From contig NC_086378.1 of the NCBI RefSeq assembly GCF_036588685.1, positions 60,078,001 to 60,142,000 on the forward strand: a stretch of 64,000 nt of DNA. Direction: 5' to 3'. Position 1 is the first letter of the stretch. Each line of letters begins with the position of its first letter. The stretch is from Mytilus trossulus. Its lineage: Eukaryota. Positions 13,801-23,502 of this stretch are shown here, in pieces. The translations under genes and the position numbers were made by a program. Below the pieces are notes generated by a model. The model saw nothing but the letters and a program-made list of their open reading frames with translations, was not told where the DNA came from and did no database searches.

Positions 13801-16800
13801 GGGCATCCGTGTACTATGGACACATTCTTGTTTTATCTTTATTTCAAAGTGATTTGTCTTTTTTGACCCCTGGTACATTATTTATGATTTTCATGTTGTT
13901 CTTACTGTTTAAAATTTATTTCTGGTTTACATGTGAAATTGCAATTACTCAGTAGATATATACATAATTATTTTGTTTTTCCATTTCAGACATGGAATGG
14001 ATAAATGATATAGAGACAGCAGCTGCTATGCAGGTAGACATTGGATTCTTACCACAAATGGAGATGAATATGATTAGCACTACAACAGATTCGGAAAAGA
14101 CAGTCAAAGGAATTAAATGGACAAACGAAATACCAGAATTTGATGTTAAAAGGAAGATAGAGATCAAAATGTATCCATTTAAAGAGGTATATATAATTTT
14201 TTTACTACATCCATGTTTTAAATTGAAACCGGTAATACTATTTTTCTTCTTCTGTTCTTAACCTCTTTCAATCTTTTAGTCTTAAGTACTATACCAGTGA
14301 ACTGATTTCAGATAATCTGTAAAACATTATGACAATCTGAGGTTCTGAATTCCCTTTGAAACGTGTCATTTATGAAATAACAGTCATGTTTTTTTAAACT
14401 CCGACAGCATCAATTGGTAATTCAATGTTGGCAAATTAATTTTTACTGGTTTTGACTGTCATTTAAGACAGGTGCCACTGTTCTTTTTTATTATAAAAAA
14501 TCATTTATTTTACAATTAGCATGATTATAAAGATATTGATCATTCATGTTGATACTTTTTATCAGAAAATTTTATGGAAAAAGATTATCCATAAATATAG
14601 ATTCTTACATTGGTACCAGTGGATTATCGGATTTATCCAATCGAGATAGTTAACTATCGAGATTGGATAAATCTGATAATTCACGAGTAACTATGTAAGA
14701 ATCTGTTTCTCTAATGATTAAAACATACATTTTCTTTTTTAGTTAACCGAAAATCCCCTTCGAGCGCCTTTCACATTGCACGAAGTTGTCAATTTCATTA
14801 CCACCTGTTATAGCATATTTTGATTCATTCATGTTAGCTAAAAAGGTCATGACCCTTAAAATCACCCAATCATCTTCTGAGATCACCGGCAACCACACGT
14901 TGATTAAATTTTTTTTATACAATGGGTTCGGAAAGGGATAAATTTCCATAGAATTAGAGAAAAGAAAATATTGATTGGTTCAAAAATGTCAACATTTATC
15001 AACAGCTAAAATTTGATGATATGATTAGCTTTATATCCTAATTTTATTTTTCTATGCTTTTAGGTGCCATACTTCAACTTCACCGACTCCTTTGAAAGAG
15101 CACAAGAGGAAGACAAATTAGTGCACTCTATATTACTTTGGGGTGCACTGGATGATCAGAGTTGCTGAGGTTCTGGGCGGACACTCCGGGATACTTCCCT
15201 GGAGAGTCCGCCCGTTGTAGCTCTTCTTAAAGAGAGCTATATCAGTAACTGGGCACTTGTTGCTGATTTGCAGGTAACAATTATGAACAAAGAAAGATAA
15301 CTCCAATTTATAATATGTATTTTTATCTTGATGTCAGATTCAGTGTTCACAAGCACTCATCTTATGGTTAAAAAGTAATGTAAGTAGCATGGAAAAGATG
15401 TAAGCAAAATTTAGATATAGAAATTGTGTCACACTACAAATTCATTTACATATAGAATTTTCATATTTATATCAAAATAAACTCACAAGATACAACATGG
15501 CTTTCTTTTTCTTCTATCCGTATTTGGTATTAAATTACAGCACTGTTGGTATAATAATAAATTAAGAAATACTATTTATGATATAAAACATGATAAATAT
15601 ATTTAGAGTTATTCTGAATTTCGTATGCGTTTTCAGCTTTGTATTATATTAACTGGTGATCCATTGAATGGATCTGTCTTGTGTTGTTACTTGTTTAGAT
15701 GTACTTAATAACATAATTAATATTCATAATAATATTTATGATTTACAGGAGCTTGAAAAAGATCCTCATCAGCCAGTGTACAGTAAAACAGCCAGTCATT
15801 TCTTACAGAATTATAAATTCCCTGTTATGATGTATCTGGCTCTGAAAAATGGTACTATCGTACACAGGGTCAATGCTAATGATTTCATGCACTCACCAGA
15901 GGGTGAATATAGTGTATCAATGATGGACTCTTTTTGGCAGCTATTGTAAGTAAGATAAGAATCAAAACTTGTATATAAATATAAGAAGATGTGGTATGAG
16001 TTCCAATGAGACAACTCATGTAGTTTGCTTTTAAGTTATTTATTTATTAAAAGAAATGTTTTGAGGGGGAATTAAATGAGATGGTACCAGGGAAGTTATA
16101 TGTTTTTAACAAGTATAAGTGGTAATTAGATTTTAGCAAGTTTATAAGAATAATAAGATTTGGTATGAATGTCAATGTGACAACTATCTTCCAGTGACCA
16201 AAAGACTTGGGATTGAGCAGATATATTATTTCTTTGTGGACTTCTGAAGTCCTTACTTCATTTTTTACATTTCCAATTTTTATGGAATAGAGCTTAGGAT
16301 GGTAAGCCTTATATGACACCCTTGAAAACACATTTGCTCTCTAAGTTTTGGAGAGAGAAAAAGTTGTACTGTGGGTTCATTTATTTTCGTGGATATCAAT
16401 TTTTGTGGATTGATGAAAATTTACATTTCCGTGGATATCTGAATTTGTGGTTTGCCAATTTCTATGTACAAAGCCTATAGAAAATTTGTTATTCGTTGAA
16501 CATATGAATTCGTGGTTCACCTGTACCCAGGAAACCCACGAAAATTGGTATCCAACGAATAATAATGAATCCACAGTAATTGATATTTTAATATATTTAT
16601 TTTGAAACAGAAACTTGGAAATGTTTTTCATTGTGTGGATAAAAAGTGTTTTGTTTTCTTGATAAAAGCACAAATATTCATATACATTGTATATTGCAAT
16701 TGCTGTCACTAAAATAAAAGGAGAAAGAATAATTGATTGTTTATTATTGGTTGACAGTTCCGGAGATGAAGGGTTGATACCTACAAGGAAAGTAACAACT

Positions 16801-18844
16801 CAACGCCCAGAACTGTTCCGTGAAAAGAGGATGGAAAAAAGAGAAGAAATTCCACCGTAAGTTTAACAGTAAAAATTTTAAAGTCAAAGGGTTTTATATC
16901 TCTAATCTTTTAAAGGTTTTAGAAGTTATTGTTCAAATAGAAATATCCTATATAAAATAAAATAATTGATAATAGTTTGTGTATGTACAGCTAGATTTAA
17001 CCAGATTTTTTTTTAGCAAGATGTTAGTTTGTGATATTTGGAAAGATTAGAACTTGTTCTAAATCTTTACTTAGGCACCACCCTTCCTAACAACAGGACA
17101 GGTTAGCTACTGTTACTAAATGTATTCACACTAAAATATAGTTCCCTATAGTTCTCATGTATGTGCACATAATACACAAATAAACTGAAAAAACTGGGTA
17201 TATTATTGGAGCAGTTCATTCAAGAGTGTATGTCATTAATGTGTGTTGATGTGCAGGCTTTTTTTAAAAACATTTTGATTAGGTAAGTGGGTATTGATTC
17301 AACTAGTATGATTGACAACTGTCATTATCACTAAACAATCAGAGACAAGGTGGACTTTTAATTACAATGCCCCACCCCCTAAACTGCCAATCAAATTGAC
17401 CACATTACCTATCTACATCAGTCTTACATAATTGTACAGACCACTCCAATATGCATCTAATTCTTAATACACAAGTATTTGACCTCATAATTGATTACAC
17501 AAATGTGTGTATTATTTGTTTGATATTTATAAGGATGATAGATTTATTTATTGCCAATTACTTTTGATCTACATTACATAAAGTAGTTCTGTAAATTATA
17601 TCTGAAAGATAAATGATTAATGGATTAGCAAGATCTTAAACAAATGAAATATGAATATAAATATGAATATATAAAAGGTATTCAAGTATGGCCTATAATT
17701 TACTTGATAAATTTCCAATAATCATCTGTAATTAATCAACAATTTAGATTAGTTCACTTTTTTATCAGGAATTGGCTTGAAACAGTTTTAAAATTTATAA
17801 ACTTTTAATTATAAACATGATAAAAAAAACCATTGTTAATTAGTTAATATTTCCCATCCATCATTATGCCTATTTTAGTCATTTGAATTTTTATTAGAAG
17901 TAAATATATGTTTTTGCAATCAAGAAAGAATCCACATTTCAATAACATTAGTTTTTTAATTAGTTTACTTTAAAAAATAAAATGGAAAATGCCCTGTGTT
18001 GAAAAATACATTAAAATTTGATCAAAAGGCACTCTAAAACTTTTAATTTTCAATGCCATATAACCTCTGTTTTTACCTACAAAATGCCCCAAAACAACAT
18101 TTTTAGATTATTTTTGTTGGCACTTAAAAGCTTTTAGCTGTTGGTCTAAATTTATGTCTTACAAGGATATTTGGTAACATTTACTAGAAGAATTTTTGCA
18201 TTTTTTTGTTTTTTTGAAACATGTTCAGAACCGGCAACATAATTTCAATTAGATATAAACTACAGTTTAAATAAAATTGTGCAAATTTAGAGACCCATAT
18301 TATTTAATTTGAGCTCATTTATCCTCATACTGGAAAAGCAAGTTTCCTTCTAAAGACCTGCTGTAAATGCAATTTTCAGCAATAGTGTTTTATAAATGTT
18401 CATTTTTCCCCACCATACCTTAATATGAAATAATTCAAACTACTGTTCTAATCTTTCCATGAGTTATATCCATCACTTTGATTATACAGAGAGCTTTAAA
18501 CAAGACAGTAGTTTTTGAATGCTTTTAAGATGAGAAATTGTGAAATATTTAATACAATGCGGTTTAAAGATATTAAGACAGAATGGTACTACAAAATGAA
18601 CATAAGAAAACTCATTCAGTGGTGGATTCTATGGGAATGGCTTAGAGGGCCTACATATTTTTGGATCATCATCCTCATGTTTACCCATTAAAATCCACAA
18701 ATTTTTGTACGAACAAATAAAAATGAATGCATTGAAAATATTTTTTAAATACTTTTCTTGTATATTTTCAGGGAACATACAAATGAAGAGAAATATTTAC
18801 AATTTTTAAAGGAGGGTGTGAGAAGAGCCCAAAATTATTTGTAA
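7879..18844 (+). CDS. SELENON: Selenoprotein N (ER membrane EF-hand/thioredoxin-like selenoprotein), 9 coding exons, ~643 aa, Sec at about residue 486
   Basis: Exons 7879-8403, 9836-9958, 11067-11422, 11908-12059, 13990-14186, 15064-15273, 15749-15945, 16758-16856, 18772-18844; all GT-AG and phase-compatible. N-terminal TM helix ([21 protein letters not shown]), EF-hand ([13 protein letters not shown]), and SELENON motifs [110 protein letters not shown]. Confidence 0.96.
12246..13021. mobile_element. Non-autonomous DNA transposon (MITE) in SELENON intron 4
   Basis: ~30-bp perfect TIR CAGTCAGGGGACTTACTGAAATAAGTGATT / AATCACTTATTTCAGTAAGTCCCCTGACTG; ATTAT on both flanks; internal AATCACT subrepeats. 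Confidence 0.85.
13365..13834 (+). mobile_element. Helentron-associated (HINE/DINE-1/pearl-like) non-autonomous element with an internal tandem repeat
   Basis: 5' TTTTTATGCCCCAC sub-terminal IR matched by GTGGGGCAT near 13798, a (GTTC/GTCC)n microsatellite at ~13425-13458, two ~169-bp units (TCAGGTTAAAGTTTTTGGT at 13462 and 13631), and a 3' hairpin GTGTac-tat-gGACAC followed by a T-run. Confidence 0.75.
14599..14704. repeat. ~106-bp imperfect palindrome, probably the core of a Crypton-like non-autonomous element
   Basis: AGATTCTTACAT...ATTATCGGATTTATCCAATC gA GATAGTTAACTATC gA GATTGGATAAATCTGATAAT...ATGTAAGAATCT. Confidence 0.7.
15064..15273 (+). CDS. SELENON: SELENON exon 6 containing the in-frame selenocysteine UGA (15166-15168)
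   Basis: tttag|GTG CCA TAC ... CAG AGT TGC TGA GGT TCT GGG CGG ... TTG CAG|gtaaca; 210 nt, phase 0-0; conserved protein sequence continues on both sides of the TGA. Missing from the ORF track. Confidence 0.95.
15175..15213 (+). promoter_or_regulatory. Selenocysteine redefinition element (SRE) stem-loop in the SELENON coding sequence
   Basis: Starts 6 nt after the UGA: GGGCGGAC-A-CTCC-GGGA-(TACT)-TCCC-T-GGAG-A-GTCCGCCC; 8+4+4 Watson-Crick pairs, 27/39 GC in an AT-rich gene; same position as the SRE described for vertebrate SEPN1. Confidence 0.88.
16369..16576. mobile_element. Tc1/mariner-type MITE in SELENON intron 7
   Basis: TA|CTGTGGGTTCATTTATTTTCGT ... ACGAATAATAATGAATCCACAG|TA with TCGTGG/CCACGA subrepeats. 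Confidence 0.75.
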
Positions 18845-20630
18845 CCATGACAAGCCATAGATAGAGATACGCTGTGATAATCATGTGCTGAGGAATAAAA
18901 CCTTGCAATAACCATACATTCCATACATTCCAAGCCTTCATTTACATTCCATGCAATTATCACGATTTTAGTCAGAATTTGTGTTGAATATTAGTTTTAT
19001 ACTAGCTAAATATAATTTACAAATTTAGAGAAAAGTTTCATTGGGCATCAGAAGATAACTATTTTTCTAGTGTTATAAAATTAACTTATATGCGTTAATT
19101 ATGAATCTCTTGGAATATTTTCAATGGCTAAACTAGATTTTTCATTTTTTTAATTGATGCAATACTTACTCAATTTGAAATTTATAAGTGTTTAAGTTTG
19201 TAATTTGAAAAAAAAAAAAAAAAATACAATTTTTCATGTACAGTATCAATATCAAATATCCTCTGTCTGTTTGCATTTTTAATAATAAATTTTTAATCAT
19301 GTTTATGATTTTCATGAAAAGGTGATGAAAAATTATGCATACAGGTTTTTGATTGTGAAATCCTATTTGAACCATTTGTGATATTTAATTGTTAGAGATG
19401 TAAATATTTTATTGGCTATTTATAAATGTTAATGATTCTATTTTTGGAGTCGATCATTCAAAATCATTTATTTTTTATACATTCTAACATTGTATTATTA
19501 TATATTTTGTCATTTATACCTTTTAGGTATAGGAGAAATTTTCTTGATGTATGATTTTGTTACATGAATGTGTTTGATGTTTTTATAATAGAAAGAGTGT
19601 GTGTGCAGTTTTAAACCTTGTTTTAACATTAGTTTTTTTTTTTAATTTTTTGGTGTTTGAAAGTGTGCTTGGGGTTAATATGGTTTGTCAAATATCATGG
19701 TAATTACTGCTAGCCCCTTTGATGTATAATATTTTTATACTCTTTATCGCTATTTTGTCCAATCTGGAATAGAAATAGTTACCATAAAAAAAAGAAGATG
19801 TTATATGATTACAAATGAGACAACTGTCCACAAAAGACCAAATTGACACAGACATTAACAACTATAGGTCAACCATGTCAACTTCCTAATTGGGTCAAGT
19901 GTCACAAAAAACAAAGGTCATCATTAATGAGCTGAAGGAGGTAAAAGTTTAGAAGTAAAAATTTTGTGGATTTGATAGTTTGTCAAAACTTTTTGAACTC
20001 AAATAAGATTCAAACAATTCTTTATTGAATTGCTTACTATGGTTGGAACATGACTCTATGAAAATTTCTATGCACAATATATTGTTTGAATAGGGTGCCA
20101 GATAGCTTCTACTGCATTGTGAAATAGTTGTGTAATTTCAGTATTTATTCGGATCGAAATAAATAAAAATAAGTTTTTTTTAATATTACCACAAATATTT
20201 GTGTGCCTTAAGAATTATTTTAGTTTTTTTTATCGTTCTATTAAAATTTATCTAGATTAGCTTATCAAAATGTAGTTAAATTATTTTTTTTTTGAAAGAA
20301 ACATTTTCTGATTAATTTTGAATGAAATGGATTATTATTGCTAGTAACAGCCTAACATTTTGATTTAGGTTAGTTTGCAAGTAAATTTCTATTTTTAGGA
20401 GTTGAGACTTAAACTTAGAGAAATTTTTGCAATATATCTGAAAAAATATAATACTGTCATAATTGCTCAAAAAACTTCACAATCATTTATTGTCAATCAA
20501 ATTTACTCGATTTTTTTACATATCATCAAATTAATTTGTATCTGCTTTTTGTTTTTATACTAACATTTTATTTATGCTGTTTTAATTATTATTCTCAGTT
20601 GGTTCATCTTCATGTGTAGTTTTGTGTATA

Positions 20631-20705
20631 AATATTATACATGTAATGAAGGTCACATGTTAAAGTAGGTCACTACCTAATGGGACTTGATGTAATGTGT
20701 GTATT
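20631..20705 (+). promoter_or_regulatory. SECIS element (form 2) in the SELENON 3'UTR
   Basis: AUGA 20646-20649, 12 nt, AAA 20662-20664, apical mini-stem GUAG(GUCA)CUAC, UGAU 20688-20691; helix II GGUCACAU/AUGGGACU; helix I AUACAU/AUGUGU extended by AAUA/UAUU; AATAAA follows at 20753-20758. Confidence 0.9.
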
Positions 20706-20752
20706 TTTACATTTAACTAAATTTGTCGATGAATTTTCTGTAACAGTAGTAT

Positions 20753-20758
20753 AATAAA
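20753..20758 (+). terminator. Probable SELENON polyadenylation signal
   Basis: First AATAAA downstream of the SECIS, followed by a T/GT-rich tract; a second lies at 20854-20859. Confidence 0.55.
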
Positions 20759-23383
20759 CAATATGTTTTAAGATTATATTTTGTTTTTATTTTAATGCCA
20801 AAATACTTTACATGTAATAATGAATTAATTAAAATGTGAATATATTTCAACAAAATAAATATAGATTACATCTACAGGTCACCACAGGGTCTTCAAAATT
20901 TGCTGTGTGATACTAGCCTGTCGAGCTCTTAATTGCCATGATGCAGAGCCATAGCACCTTTTGATTATAATTGACAATTTGCGGACTTTATGTGACTCTA
21001 GTATGTCAAACTCTAAAATGTCTTGGTGTGGAAATGTAGTTCTATAAAAATTTCTTTTAAATATTTTCTTACAATTTGTTGACTATGGTTAGCAAATTGT
21101 AGGGTATAACAAATACCATATGGACTTAAGAGCTATTGTTTAGCAGTTATACATGGCCCTAGGTGTAGAAAGGACTGTTGTTTGAAAAAATTCCACCCAC
21201 TCCAAATTTCCAAAATGACATAACAATTAAGAATAATATAATAAAAGAAAACATTTGAGTATGTTCCTTTTTTTAAGACGGACACATGCAATAGTGGCAT
21301 AATTTAACTAACATCAATTAAGATGCAACATTTTCTAATAGATATAAGAAGATGTAGTACATGTGGTATGAGTGCTAATGAGAAAACTCTCCATCTAAGT
21401 CTTCTTTATCCAGATTCTGTAAATACTAAGTATAGATTTTATTAAAAGGGCAAAATGTGAGATAATCATAATTTTGTTAAAATAATTGATAATCCATAAA
21501 CTAAAAACAAATGTTGAAAGGCTTGAGAAGTCTGAAATGGAAAAATATATACATACAAAGCTATGAAATCAAGCATGTGATTTGGGAATATTGATCATAA
21601 TGGAAATAAGAAGATCTAGTTGTGGTATGCGTGCCAATGAGACAACTCTCAATTTAAGTCATGATGTGTAAGAAGTAAACAATTATAGGTCAAAGTGTAG
21701 CCTTGGCTCATATCAAACAACAAGCCATATATGCCCGCCCAGGAGCCTACAATGACAAGTGTTAAACAGAAAAAAAAACGATCTAATCTATTTATAAAAC
21801 TAGAAACGAGAAACGGCAACAACTGAAGAACAGGCTCCTGGGATAGGACAGGTGCAAGCAAATGCAGTGGGCGAAACATTTTTAACAGGAGCCAACCTTC
21901 ATGCTAACCCGAAACAGTAGTACAATATAAACGGGCACAGTTTAAAATATCAATTGAAATTAATGAACTCGATCAAAAATGCATATTATAGTCACACGAG
22001 GAAGTATGTCCACTTTGCTCATATGCCAATGCAGCAGTCATAATGTATCATCAATCATGAAAACGTATTAGTTGGTGACAAAATAATGGCTTTGGGATAT
22101 TAAAGATGTTAGATAAAATCTGATTGAATTACTGTTCAGTGGAAAGTATCACATGCATATTTAGGAAAAGAATACATTTTGATTTATAATAACAGTTCTA
22201 TCCTTTTGAGTAATCGGTAAACAATATGCCGGTTTTTATGTTTTCCTGTAATTTGAAAAAATACAGGTGTAAAAAAAAAATGAATGTTTTTTACACATTA
22301 TGACTCGAATGGTCAGTTGTCTCATTGGCACTCATACTAAATTTTAGTTCAATGTAAATCCTTCTATACTACACAGGAACATTGCCTTTTTATGTTCTGC
22401 TTTGATCTGAGTGAGTCAGAGCTTAGATTCATATTTCAGATCGTCTGTCTTTTATACTCGTAATCTTGCTGCAATTGAATTTTGATAACTCTCTCAGATG
22501 TCAGATCAATGTATTGACAACTTTAAAAGAATTTGTCAGCTTTCTTTAATATCTAGTATGTGTTGGCGTTGAATATATAGTCTTCTTATATCTCAGTAAC
22601 GTCAGCCACAAAGATATGCGGCAACTATATATATTTAAACGGAACTACAAACAACTGTCATAGGGATAACCTAGCATTTTCGTCGGAAAAATGTCTATAT
22701 AATTAATAATATTTGGTTGATAATGCTTGATTTTGTCAGTTTTGACGAACGTCCTGTTTTGAGTATACCTTGGAATTCGTTATTTTTGTTTTTCATTTTT
22801 ACATAGATGTAATAAACAATTCTTTTATTTTATTCCTAAAAGACAATTTGTTTTGCAGGAATATTTACACTTTTATGATATGATTTGGAAGACATCTTTG
22901 TCTTCTAATTTGATGTAAAAAATTACTTGATGCCTTGTATGGCAACTTGGATCGTTGTTTTTTGTTATCTTTTTTTTCTGGTTTAAATGTCACAAAACCA
23001 GAACAGTTTGGTGATACATAATATCACTTCTCTGTTATTTACATTATTATTGTAATACTTGACCTCTAAATATTTTGTCAAATTTTGAATGTTTTTTTTT
23101 CTTGTGAACATACACCCCACACATTTTTTGTATTTATATTGTAAATAATAATTGATAGCATTTTTTACACGTGTTTAAAAAACATACGTTTTGTGTCAAC
23201 TTGGAGGATAGAATTTCTTTTTACACAATAGTTTACCGATCCCTATGAAAACAGAAATCATTCGTGCTATACTAATTGTACTTATATCCTGAACCTGTCT
23301 GTCCTTTTTAAGATGTTTTCTTTTTACATGTTTAATTATACGAAAATGTCAGGGTTTGATAAAATATAAACAATACAAAATAA

Positions 23384-23446
23384 GGACATTTTCCCAAGGA
23401 AGTAATTGGCCTGTATGAAAGTCTCATGTCGGTGAATACTATAAAA
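23384..23446 (+). promoter_or_regulatory. Proximal promoter of BPI/LBP paralog 1 (kB-like + ETS + TATA)
   Basis: GGACATTTTCCC 23384-23395, GGAAGT 23398-23403, TATAAAA 23440-23446, 63 nt upstream of the ATG. Confidence 0.55.
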
Positions 23447-23502
23447 TCTATCATGTGTCGATACATTTGTTTCACATGGTCATTTCCATTTCAAATTGAG
23501 TG

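Noticed and set aside
15166-15168. TGA as a nonsense mutation making SELENON a pseudogene
   Set aside because: It is at the conserved Sec position of the SCUG motif, downstream exons are intact, and both SRE and SECIS are present.
17279-18423. Kolobok-like element in SELENON intron 8 (right end CCCACCATACC-TTAA)
   Set aside because: The left terminus matches only loosely, so the boundaries cannot be supported.
18847-18880. Candidate SECIS immediately after the stop (ATGAC...TGAT)
   Set aside because: Helix II does not pair and there is no correctly spaced AA motif.
19927-19976. Second candidate SECIS (ATGAG N12 AAAA ... GA)
   Set aside because: The primary pattern fits but helix II pairing is poor, unlike 20631-20705.
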